Shown here: positions 1 through 8,545 of the stretch, in pieces
Position numbering within the stretch: position 1 is the stretch's first letter
Layout: each line of letters begins with the position of its first letter
Translations under genes and position numbers: made by a program
Assembly (NCBI GenBank): GCA_965603615.1
Contig: CBFDDQ010000002.1
Span: 1-34,562, forward strand
Direction: 5' to 3'
DNA: 34,562 bases
Source of the DNA: Candidatus Woesearchaeota archaeon
GTDB lineage: Archaea > Nanobdellota > Nanobdellia > SCGC-AAA011-G17 > JACPIM01
The notes under the pieces: generated by a model
What the model saw: only the letters and a program-made list of their open reading frames with translations
The model's database searches: none
Told to the model about the DNA's origin: nothing

Positions 1-40
1 GACACAAACATGAACTGCATAAACAGTTTACTAAAAGAAA

Positions 41-451
41 TTATTCTTCCTTCTTAAACTCTTCCTCAACATCTAAATCTTTTGCCTGAAAACTTTCAGC
101 AATGTCAATAAAATATTTTCCATCTTCTAATTTAAAAACTAGAGGCTTCCCTTTGAACATATCAACCAAATCTAATTCATATTTCCCAGAACCAAGAACT
201 TTTATTGTCTCTAAATCAAGAATAATTGGTTTGTCATCTTCTTTCTCACCAATTATATCCAGAACATCTTCTTCCATTTGTATTTTCTCAGGAACACTCA
301 TCTTCTCTAATTTCTTAGTTACTTGTTTAGCTTCTCCTAATTTCTCCTTACGTATAAAAAAAAAGAATCTCCCGCCACAACTACAGCCTGTTAATATCTC
401 TTTAGAACCATCATCATATAATTTATTGCACCTGACACATTGGTGTGGCAT
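41..451 (-). CDS. Zn-ribbon protein (archaeal DUF2072-like), distal gene of the GTPase operon
   Basis: 136-aa ORF. N-terminal Cys knuckles CVRC...CSCGG. Its ATG (449-451) overlaps the upstream stop by 1 nt (TAATG). Family name recalled from the archaeal GTPase/DUF2073/DUF2072 neighbourhood. Confidence 0.6.
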   Translation of the reverse strand: MPHQCVRCNKLYDDGSKEILTGCSCGGRFFFFIRKEKLGEAKQVTKKLEKMSVPEKIQMEEDVLDIIGEKEDDKPIILDLETIKVLGSGKYELDLVDMFKGKPLVFKLEDGKYFIDIAESFQAKDLDVEEEFKKEE

Positions 452-849
452 TATTTTCTCCTTTTTTTGGAATTATTTTTCTTGTTATCAAAAGTATACA
501 AATAAATCTTATTAGGATCTCTCTTAATTTCCTTAACAACACTAGCAGGACCAACTATAGTTATCCCATCCCTGTGCCCCAATAAACCTTTAATAACACT
601 TGTAGTCAACTTCCTGAATATCTTCATACTTTTCTCTTCAGGATAAATTGTGCAAATTTCTATGCCTTTAAAATCCTTGTCAATTATTTCCATTGTATGT
701 TGTATTAATTTAGTTTCCTCAACAGGTTTTAAGCGCCCCTGCATCAAAACTATATTATCCTTCTTAACTATATCAAGTAATTTATTTATTCTTTCTTCAG
801 AACTTAAATAGACAATATCTGAGTAAGGAACAAATTGTAAAGTTAACAT
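451..849 (-). CDS. conserved archaeal protein of unknown function (DUF2073-like)
   Basis: 132-aa ORF wedged between the GTPase (3-nt gap) and the Zn-ribbon gene (1-nt overlap). No catalytic motif seen. Family assignment from memory only. Confidence 0.5.
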   Translation of the reverse strand: MLTLQFVPYSDIVYLSSEERINKLLDIVKKDNIVLMQGRLKPVEETKLIQHTMEIIDKDFKGIEICTIYPEEKSMKIFRKLTTSVIKGLLGHRDGITIVGPASVVKEIKRDPNKIYLYTFDNKKNNSKKRRK

Positions 850-852
850 TTT

Positions 853-1488
853 TTATTTCACCACCCTAAAGAGAGATTCATAAAACTCTTCCATATTATG
901 ACCCTTTTCTGCACTAACACCCACTACATCATACTGTGGAAAAGCACTCTCTACTTTTTTCAAATTTGCCCTCTTTAAGTCTATTTTATTAGCAACAACT
1001 AAAACAGGAATTTTTCTAGCAGCTAAATTTCCAATTATAGTTATATTAACTTGTGAATAAGGATTAATTGTAGAATCAAGAACAACTAAAACAGCATCCA
1101 TGTCATCAAGCCATTTTATAGCTTCAATCACACCTTTTGTAGCTTCCTTAGCTCTCTTCTTTGCTGCATCTTTTTTTAATTTAAACTTTTTAGTAAATTC
1201 TTCATAATCAATTTTTGTAGCAATACCAGGAGTATCAACCAGATTAAATAACATTTCTCTTCCTTTTGATTTTATTTCCACTTTTTCTTTCATACCTATC
1301 TTCCTGGTTTCGTGTGGAATCTTGCTTGCTTTGCCCATTGTTTCTCCAATCCAGTCTTTGCATATTTTATTTGCAAGAGTCGTCTTTCCGCTGTTCACAG
1401 GCCCATACAAACCAAGCTTTATAGAACTCTTTCTTTTAAATATCTGAAAAATCATACGTTTAACAAAATTTTTAATTATTTTTATCAA
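853..1488 (-). CDS. small P-loop GTP-binding protein
   Basis: G1 GPVNSGKTT, G3 DTPG, G4 NKID. The track start is TTG at 1488 with GAGGG 6 nt upstream. An alternative ATG lies at 1455. Confidence 0.8.
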   Translation of the reverse strand: MIKIIKNFVKRMIFQIFKRKSSIKLGLYGPVNSGKTTLANKICKDWIGETMGKASKIPHETRKIGMKEKVEIKSKGREMLFNLVDTPGIATKIDYEEFTKKFKLKKDAAKKRAKEATKGVIEAIKWLDDMDAVLVVLDSTINPYSQVNITIIGNLAARKIPVLVVANKIDLKRANLKKVESAFPQYDVVGVSAEKGHNMEEFYESLFRVVK

Positions 1489-1563
1489 ATTTATCCCTCT
1501 ATTATTATAACTCTAAACAAATTTTCTTAATAAATGTTTTGGTGGTTTATTATATATTCTTTA

Positions 1564-2985
1564 CTAACCTTTTATCACTGCTATAGGCCTTACCCGAGCA
1601 ACTAAATTACCAATGCCAGCCTCATGACTCACCCTGACTACCTCATCTATGTCCTTATAAGCCAAAGGAGCCTCTTCTGATATACCCTTCCAGCTGTGGC
1701 TCTTGATATATATTTTATCTTTCTCTAATTCTTTCTTAACTACTTCTCCTCTAAACTCTTTTTTAGCCTGGGCTCTGCTCATTATCCTCCCAGCACCATG
1801 TGCAGTAGAACCAAAAGTTTCTTTCATACCTTTTTCAGTTCCAACCAGCAAATAACTTGCAGTCCCCATACTTCCAGGAATAATTATTGGCTGTCCAACC
1901 TTTCTATACATTTTAGAAACATCTTTATGACCAGGACCAAAAGCTCTGGTGCCTCCTTTTCTGTGCATATACACCTTTACTTTTTTCCCATCAATAACAT
2001 GCTCTTCAACCTTGGCTATATTATGTGCAACATCATAAATTGTTTTAACTTCACATTTAAACATCTTCTCAAAAACTTTTCTAATATGATGAGCAATTAT
2101 ATGCCTGTTGCACCATGCAAAATTTGCACTAGCAGCCATAGCACCATAATAATCTTTGCATAATTTAGAACCAGCAGGAGCATAAACTAATTCTCTGTCA
2201 GGTAAACTTTTTATTGGCTCAGGATAAGTTCTCTCCATTTCTCTCAGATAATCAGTGCAAACCTGATGCCCCAAACCTCTAGAGCCGCAGTGTATCATTA
2301 TAGTTACCTGTCCTTCTTTTTCAATACCAAATATCTTAGCAATTTTCTTGTCAAAGATTTTATCAACATACTGGACTTCCAAAAAATGATTTCCAGCGCC
2401 TAAAGAATCAAGCTGGCTTCTTCCTCTAGCCTTTGCATGACTTGAAATTTTAGAAGAATCAGCACCTTTCATTGAACCATTTTCCTCGCAATATTCCAAA
2501 TCATCTTTAGTTCCATAACCATTCTCAACTGCCCACTTAGCACCATAATTCAAAACTTTATCCAAATCTTTATCACTTAATTTAATATCACTCTTGCTTC
2601 CCAAACCAGCAGGCACAGCCTCAAACATATTATTCAAAACATCATTAACTTTTTTTAGAACATCCTCTCTGGTTAAATTAGTTCTAAGCATTCTTACTCC
2701 ACAATTTATGTCATATCCAATGCCACCAGGACTTAATCCACCTTTTTCAAAATCCAGAGCAGCTACACCACCAATTGGAAATCCGTAGCCTTGGTGAGCA
2801 TCAGGTAGAGCAATAGCATGTTTATAAATACCAGGCAAAGCAGCAACATTTTGTATCTGTTCTAAAGTTTTATCCTGTTTTATACTGTCAAGCAATTTTT
2901 TACTTGCATAAATCACAGCAGGCACTTTCATCTTACCAGTTTTAGGAATCTGCCATTTAATCTCTGATATTTTTTTAATCTGCAT
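1564..2985 (-). CDS. rtcB: RNA-splicing ligase RtcB (3'-phosphate/5'-hydroxy tRNA ligase)
   Basis: 473 aa with RtcB signatures GYDINCGVR, GAGNHFLE, HCGSRGLGHQ, AHNIA, HRKGGTRA. Confidence 0.95.
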   Translation of the reverse strand: MQIKKISEIKWQIPKTGKMKVPAVIYASKKLLDSIKQDKTLEQIQNVAALPGIYKHAIALPDAHQGYGFPIGGVAALDFEKGGLSPGGIGYDINCGVRMLRTNLTREDVLKKVNDVLNNMFEAVPAGLGSKSDIKLSDKDLDKVLNYGAKWAVENGYGTKDDLEYCEENGSMKGADSSKISSHAKARGRSQLDSLGAGNHFLEVQYVDKIFDKKIAKIFGIEKEGQVTIMIHCGSRGLGHQVCTDYLREMERTYPEPIKSLPDRELVYAPAGSKLCKDYYGAMAASANFAWCNRHIIAHHIRKVFEKMFKCEVKTIYDVAHNIAKVEEHVIDGKKVKVYMHRKGGTRAFGPGHKDVSKMYRKVGQPIIIPGSMGTASYLLVGTEKGMKETFGSTAHGAGRIMSRAQAKKEFRGEVVKKELEKDKIYIKSHSWKGISEEAPLAYKDIDEVVRVSHEAGIGNLVARVRPIAVIKG

Positions 2986-3037
2986 AAAAATAAAGAATTA
3001 CTAGGAATATATATAATTTCCTAATTAAGGAATAATC

Positions 3038-3045
3038 TTTATATA
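3038..3045 (+). promoter_or_regulatory. candidate TATA box for the TolB-like gene
   Basis: tttatata centred about 34 nt upstream of the ATG at 3075, in an 89-nt divergent gap that also holds an AGGAA-N10-TTCCT inverted repeat (about 3004-3023). Confidence 0.3.
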
Positions 3046-3074
3046 CAGGTGAATCTTTACTAATCAACATAAAA

Positions 3075-4964
3075 ATGCAAAGATTTAGAACAAGAACAAA
3101 CAAAGAAAAACCAAGTTTATTTAGCAGAATAAAACAAAAGGCATTACCTTACTTATTTGGAGCTACAGTAGGTTTATTTGGTGGCTGTGGAGATGATGGA
3201 AGTGGTGGTTCTGGAGGTCCTGCACCAATAACAACTGGACCAGAAAAAACAGATGTACAAGGTGAAGTAGATATTAATGATACTTCTGGAAATGCATATC
3301 ACATTATAGTAAGAGATGAAAAAACTTTAGAGTTATTAGCTAATATAGATATTTATACAGTAAATCATTCTATTGAAATTCCTGCTATTGATGGATTAAA
3401 AGATTATATTGCTGAATTAAGAATATTACCTTCAGAACCTCAAACCCTAGAAGTTTTAATGTCAAAAGTAACAGATAGAGTTTCTGATAATCTCCCAGAA
3501 TATAAAACATGGTTCCATCCAGAATCTATAAACTGGTCAGGAGGAACAGAAAAAATAAATACAGAACCAATACCTATGTCAGAACTAGCTGATTTTTATG
3601 AAACTTATGAAAGTGATGCTATTGTAAATTTATTACAAATATTGCCTGATTTATGGGGAATTAATACTTTTGCACAATCTGCTGGTTTTTTTAGAGACAA
3701 AGTTATAGAAAATGTAAGTAATATATCTCAAATACTTGGTTTAAATCCAGATGAAATTTTTTATGATATTTATAGAGAAAATAGAACTGGTATGTTATAT
3801 CATGTAAGAGTAGATGGTATTAGTGTGAGTAATACTAGACCTATAGTTGAAATGCCTTATTTAAGAGGAACTTTTTCTGGAAACATTACTATACCTTATA
3901 ATTTAAAAGATACTGAACTAGATTTATGTAATCTCTTAGTAGAATATTCTAAAGATGACCTTACTTTTTTTACAGCAACACAAGGAATAGGTAGTGATGG
4001 TATAACTAATTTAACTTCTTCTTTAACTGGAACAAATCATATATTTGTTTGGGATTCAAAAGTTGATAATCTTGGTTTAACATTAGAAGAAATAGTCAAA
4101 CTTAGAATAATTCCTTCTGATGCTGGAGGAAATGGACAAAAAGGAGAAAGAAGTATTTCTATCAATAATAATTTACAAAAAATTGTTTTCTACTCAGATA
4201 GAGATGGAAATAGGGAAATTTATATTATGAATGCAGATGGAACAGAACAAACAAGATTAACTAATAACTCTGCTTACGATAAATTTCCTTCTCTATCACC
4301 TGATGGAAATAAAATAGCCTTTATTACAGAGAGGGATGGAAATAGTGAAATTTATAGTATGAATTCTGATGGAACTAATCAAATAAATTTAACAAATAAT
4401 CCTACTCCAGATGAATATCCTTCTTGGTCACATGATGGAACAAAAATAGCTTTTAATTCAACAAGAGGTGGAAATACTGAGATTTATGTTATGAATTCAG
4501 ATGGTTCTGGATTAGTAAGATTAACAAATAATTCTTATTATGATTATAGGCCTACATGGTCTCCTGACGGAACAAAAATAGCTTTTGCTTCATCCAAAGA
4601 TGGAAATTATGAAATTTATGTTATGAATTCTGATGGAACTAATCAAATAAATTTAACAAATAACTCTGCTAATGACTATAAACCTACATGGTCTCCTGAC
4701 GGAACAAAAATAGTTTTTTATTCAGACAGGGATGGAAATAATGAAATTTATGTTATGAATGCGAATGGAACTAATCAAACAAATTTAACAAATAATCCTG
4801 CTTGGGATGAATATCCTTCTTGGTCTCCTGACGGAACAAAAATTATGTTTACTTCACTTAGAGATGGAAATAGTGAAATTTATAGTATGAATTCTGATGG
4901 AACTAATCAAATAAATTTAACAAATAATCCTGCTCTTGATGTCGGACCTTCATATTCTCCATAA
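3075..4964 (+). CDS. secreted lipobox protein with C-terminal TolB-like (PD40/WD40-like) six-bladed beta-propeller
   Basis: 629 aa. The N-terminal signal ends in LFGG-C followed by a Gly/Ser/Asp linker ([13 protein letters not shown]). The C-terminal third has six ~44-aa repeats of the form [KR]DGN.EIY.MN.DG[TS]..x.LTNN......P.WSPDGTKI. Confidence 0.85.
   Translation: MQRFRTRTNKEKPSLFSRIKQKALPYLFGATVGLFGGCGDDGSGGSGGPAPITTGPEKTDVQGEVDINDTSGNAYHIIVRDEKTLELLANIDIYTVNHSIEIPAIDGLKDYIAELRILPSEPQTLEVLMSKVTDRVSDNLPEYKTWFHPESINWSGGTEKINTEPIPMSELADFYETYESDAIVNLLQILPDLWGINTFAQSAGFFRDKVIENVSNISQILGLNPDEIFYDIYRENRTGMLYHVRVDGISVSNTRPIVEMPYLRGTFSGNITIPYNLKDTELDLCNLLVEYSKDDLTFFTATQGIGSDGITNLTSSLTGTNHIFVWDSKVDNLGLTLEEIVKLRIIPSDAGGNGQKGERSISINNNLQKIVFYSDRDGNREIYIMNADGTEQTRLTNNSAYDKFPSLSPDGNKIAFITERDGNSEIYSMNSDGTNQINLTNNPTPDEYPSWSHDGTKIAFNSTRGGNTEIYVMNSDGSGLVRLTNNSYYDYRPTWSPDGTKIAFASSKDGNYEIYVMNSDGTNQINLTNNSANDYKPTWSPDGTKIVFYSDRDGNNEIYVMNANGTNQTNLTNNPAWDEYPSWSPDGTKIMFTSLRDGNSEIYSMNSDGTNQINLTNNPALDVGPSYSP
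4179..4961 (+). repeat. six tandem ~132-bp coding repeats (PD40 blades)
   Basis: The period is visible in both protein and DNA. Blades 2 and 6 share a 69-nt perfect match (4335..4403 = 4863..4931). Confidence 0.85.
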
Positions 4965-4969
4965 ATAAT

Positions 4970-5434
4970 TCACTTTCTCCAAAAATAAACTCTAACATAC
5001 TTCACATTATCACTAAAATATATAAATATAGCACCAGGATAAACAGACTTCTCAATTGTCTTTGAAGGTAATCCAGTACAAGGACCTACTTTATTACATA
5101 CCTCACAATGATATTCAAAACCAGGAACTAAATGTCTATCTAAAAATTCTTCAATAATTGAAACACAATCAGAATTTGCATATGGAGCTTTTAAACAATC
5201 AAACCCATTGGAACCAGCAATAGGAGCTATTGAAACAGAATTAACACACTCTCTAATTTTCTTATTAGTTAAAAATTCCATCAAAATAAAACTTCTAGCA
5301 GACTCTATACCTTCAGGAATACTAGACTCAGCTAACACAGGTGTCCTAGGTAAAATATAAAGTAAAAAACCAAGAACTAAAAGAATTGCTATAACAGCTT
5401 CCATTGTTCTTATAAAACCTTTCTTGCCTACCAT
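4970..5434 (-). CDS. pilin-like protein with class III (prepilin-type) signal
   Basis: N-terminus MVGKKG-FIRTMEAVIAILLVLGFLLYIL: basic residues plus Gly, then a hydrophobic helix with Glu at +6. Last gene of the pilus block, overlapping the upstream ORF. Confidence 0.55.
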   Translation of the reverse strand: MVGKKGFIRTMEAVIAILLVLGFLLYILPRTPVLAESSIPEGIESARSFILMEFLTNKKIRECVNSVSIAPIAGSNGFDCLKAPYANSDCVSIIEEFLDRHLVPGFEYHCEVCNKVGPCTGLPSKTIEKSVYPGAIFIYFSDNVKYVRVYFWRK

Positions 5435-6147
5435 ACTCTCAAATATACAACCACAGGAACAGTATATCCATTTTCATTAACTATTTGATTATCAATCCTT
5501 CTCACAAAAACATTTGCCTGTTCAGAAGGTTTCACACTTTCTATATTATAATCATAAGTACTGCCGTCAATCTCATCAACATAAATTGAAAATTCTTTTT
5601 CTTGAGGAATTCCCCACTCACTTTTCAACTCAGCATAATCCAAACTACTCAAAACTTCATAATTTAAACCTCTAATATTTCCAACAATACCAAGCTCAGC
5701 ATTACAATAATCAGGATCATCAGGTACACATTTCACCATAAAATTTGGAATACCTTCTAATGATTCATAAAAATAAAAATAAAAAGGAAAATAATTTTCA
5801 TTTTTTTTAAAAACAAATTCAATATCACAAATAAGTGTTTTAGATTTAGATTCTCCATTAATATCTTTAACACCAGCTAATGTCCAGTTTCCATTTTCAT
5901 CATCAACACTAATCTCAGAAGGACTTTCTCTTTCAGGTGATGTTCTGCATTTTCTAATAAACAAAGGAACAGTCTTAACAACCCATATAACATCTTCATT
6001 AAACTGCTCTTCTAAATTATCAAGCAAAGCTGTAGGCCTGTAAATAGGTTTAACACCAGGTCTTAATAAAACAAAAAGTGCAAATATATAAATAATAAAT
6101 ATACCCATGCTGATTACCCAGTCTACATGCCCTCCTTTCTTGTTCAT
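5428..6147 (-). CDS. pilin-like protein with class III signal
   Basis: N-terminus MNKKGG-HVDWVISMGIFIIYIFALFVLL. 4-nt overlap with the upstream TadC-like gene. Confidence 0.5.
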   Translation of the reverse strand: MNKKGGHVDWVISMGIFIIYIFALFVLLRPGVKPIYRPTALLDNLEEQFNEDVIWVVKTVPLFIRKCRTSPERESPSEISVDDENGNWTLAGVKDINGESKSKTLICDIEFVFKKNENYFPFYFYFYESLEGIPNFMVKCVPDDPDYCNAELGIVGNIRGLNYEVLSSLDYAELKSEWGIPQEKEFSIYVDEIDGSTYDYNIESVKPSEQANVFVRRIDNQIVNENGYTVPVVVYLRVW

Positions 6148-7019
6148 AACAAACCCCCTCTGGCAGTTGTAATAATCATGGCAGCTGATGTCATTAAAAT
6201 TAAGGAATGTATTAAACCTTGTTTTAATGTTCCTTCTGAAAACTTGCCTATCATTATCCCTGCAAAAAATCCTTGTATTAATATTAATCCAACAAATACA
6301 AAATCAAGATTAACAGGCTCTGCTCCTGTTCCGCTGCCAGCCATACCTAATGCACCCAAACCACCGCCCATAGTTAAAGCACTTAATTTAGGAAACAGCC
6401 ACAATTGCAAAACAAGCATTATACCAATGAATATGAAAAATACTATATACCCCTGAACAACTTGTGAATAAGTACTTGCTCTTCTTTCTTCCTTCATTTT
6501 TTTAACACTAATAACACTCTCAGCAACAGAGGCCATAACATCAGCTATATCACCGCCGGATTCATCAGCTTCTATAATTATAGATATGCTTCTCTTGATT
6601 ACAGAATTTCCAGTATCATCTGCAAATATAATCAAAGCTTTATGAAGAGGAATACCCCACTCAACCTGGTGTGATAATTTTTTAATATAAGGTGTCAAAT
6701 CACCAAAATCTTCTTTGGAAACATGCATTATACTCATAGGAATTGTTATGCCGGATTTAACAGTCTCAACCAAACTTCTCACAAACTCTAAAAATTGCAG
6801 CTCAATACCTTTCTGTCTTTTAATTTCCTTGTAATAATCAATCCAGAAATGCAGCCAGCCTATAGTCAAAGATAAAATAAATATTGGCCAAAAAAATCTT
6901 CTAAGAAAACTTTCAGTAAAAAAATAAATAAATAAATTAATGCCTAATATAATCACAGCTATGAAAATGCTTACCAAATATATTTTTCTGAATTTTATTC
7001 TCATCTTATTCTTCCCCAA
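6144..7019 (-). CDS. FlaJ/TadC-like polytopic membrane protein (T2SS-F domain)
   Basis: 291 aa. N-terminal TM pair, a cytoplasmic helical T2SSF-like domain (FLEFVRSLVETVKSGITIPMSI...GIPLHKALIIFADD...IIEADESGGDIADVM), and C-terminal TMs. Confidence 0.75.
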   Translation of the reverse strand: MGKNKMRIKFRKIYLVSIFIAVIILGINLFIYFFTESFLRRFFWPIFILSLTIGWLHFWIDYYKEIKRQKGIELQFLEFVRSLVETVKSGITIPMSIMHVSKEDFGDLTPYIKKLSHQVEWGIPLHKALIIFADDTGNSVIKRSISIIIEADESGGDIADVMASVAESVISVKKMKEERRASTYSQVVQGYIVFFIFIGIMLVLQLWLFPKLSALTMGGGLGALGMAGSGTGAEPVNLDFVFVGLILIQGFFAGIMIGKFSEGTLKQGLIHSLILMTSAAMIITTARGGLL

Positions 7020-7055
7020 ATTTCCATAAAGTTTCTACATCTTTTAAATTTGTCA

Positions 7056-8363
7056 TCATACTTCAGGTTGCACCATACTCAAAAATATAGCATAAGCTAC
7101 ATTCAAAAAAGGAATAACTCCAAATGTTCCAATCATAGCTAATGTCTTAACATCCATGCTTCCAAGCTGCCCACCAATTCTATTTATTATAGCCAGAGTA
7201 ACTAAAAACAATAAAGGCGCAGCAATAAAAGCACCAGTATAAATATCTGAATAAGTTGCTAAAGTATCAGTATATTTTTTTCTATCCATTTTATATGTAT
7301 TCATAGCATCATCAGCTTTTGATTTCAAATAACCTTTCAAATCACCGCCGGTTTCAACAGTAGCAACTACACCAGTCAACAATTCGCGAAAAGCCCTGCA
7401 TGGAGTTGTTACAGCAACAGTTCTCAAAGCATTAGTCAAACTATAGCCAAACAAATTAACATAATTTACAATCTTTCTAATCTCACTCTCTATACCCTTG
7501 TACTCTCCAGAGCTTAAAACTAAATTAAACATACTAATCGGCTGAGCACCAGAGCCAGCAACAGCAGCCATATGAATTATAACAAAAGGCAGATCATTTT
7601 TTATAGCTTTATTCTTGCTTCCAACCACAACACTCGGATAATAATACAAAAAACCAAACATTGCAACCGCACCTAAAAAAGCAAAACTAACCCCTCTTAT
7701 CAAACTAGACACAACACCAGCTTGTAAAACCAAAGAACCAATTAAAACTAAAAACAAAACACCAATAAAAGTTAGTATACTTGAAAATATAACAATGCTG
7801 TCATAAGTCTTTGATAAAATTTGTATACCAGAAGACTTCAAGGCTTTATGCTCACCCTTAAAAAAAGTAGGATAATTTCTATTCAAATATAAAGTCAGTC
7901 TCTCAACAAATCTGTTAGCTAACTTTCCATATTTTGTAGTTTCATACAATGTATATTTTATCTCTTTAGTAGAAATTTTTTCTTTTCTTTTCAAAGCTCT
8001 CTTCAAATCCCCTTTTTCTATTTTTAACTCTTTGATTAAATTTTTCAATTCTTTTTTGTTTAATCTAGAAAACTTCCCGACACTAATAGTATCTTCTTTT
8101 TTAAACTCCTTGTCAATTAAAATTTCAGCAACCTGGTTGTTTAAGTTCTCAACATCACCAAGCATATCAGAAATTTTCTTTCCAAAATATTTTTCCCAAT
8201 ACTTTTCATCTTTGCCTTTAAGAAGAGACTCTCGCTTGCTCTTATCTTTAATATCTTTAAAAAATCTATCTCTCTTAGTCTTCAAATGTTCCAAATCTTC
8301 CAAAACACCAGTATTTTGTTTTATATAATTTTCAATGCGGGACATTTTTCTTTTCTTCCTCAA
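7056..8363 (-). CDS. FlaJ/TadB-like polytopic membrane protein with ~170-aa charged N-terminal extension
   Basis: 435 aa. T2SSF-like segment NDLPFVIIHMAAVAGSGAQPISMF...GYSLTNALRTVAV...VETGGDLKGYLKSKADD flanked by TM helices. The start may be the second Met (8345). Confidence 0.75.
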   Translation of the reverse strand: MRKKRKMSRIENYIKQNTGVLEDLEHLKTKRDRFFKDIKDKSKRESLLKGKDEKYWEKYFGKKISDMLGDVENLNNQVAEILIDKEFKKEDTISVGKFSRLNKKELKNLIKELKIEKGDLKRALKRKEKISTKEIKYTLYETTKYGKLANRFVERLTLYLNRNYPTFFKGEHKALKSSGIQILSKTYDSIVIFSSILTFIGVLFLVLIGSLVLQAGVVSSLIRGVSFAFLGAVAMFGFLYYYPSVVVGSKNKAIKNDLPFVIIHMAAVAGSGAQPISMFNLVLSSGEYKGIESEIRKIVNYVNLFGYSLTNALRTVAVTTPCRAFRELLTGVVATVETGGDLKGYLKSKADDAMNTYKMDRKKYTDTLATYSDIYTGAFIAAPLLFLVTLAIINRIGGQLGSMDVKTLAMIGTFGVIPFLNVAYAIFLSMVQPEV

Positions 8364-8544
8364 TTAAGTCTTTTACCTTCCCCAACAATTTCAAAATATA
8401 TTCTCTTTTCTTATCCATCTCTTTTTCAACATTAGCTAATTTTTTCTTATCTGTAGTTGTATTTCTAATACCTATCAGCTCATTATAGCCTTTAATAACT
8501 TCTAAAACACTCTTCATATTTTGCTGGATTGTTTCAATAGACAT
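8332..8544 (-). CDS. small charged coiled-coil protein, unknown function
   Basis: 70-aa ORF 1 nt downstream of the ATPase stop, on the same strand, with a heptad-like K/E/L pattern. No homology recognised. Confidence 0.4.
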   Translation of the reverse strand: MSIETIQQNMKSVLEVIKGYNELIGIRNTTTDKKKLANVEKEMDKKREYILKLLGKVKDLIEEEKKNVPH

Positions 8545-8545
8545 T

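Noticed and set aside
102-515. 137-aa plus-strand ORF from the track
   Set aside because: It lies entirely antisense to the Zn-ribbon and DUF2073-like genes. Its Ser/Phe/Leu/Ile-rich low-complexity translation is the typical shadow of a Lys/Glu-rich gene, and it has no motifs.
1798-2788. Plus-strand ORFs 1798..2163 and 2594..2788
   Set aside because: Both are antisense shadows inside rtcB, whose identity is unambiguous.
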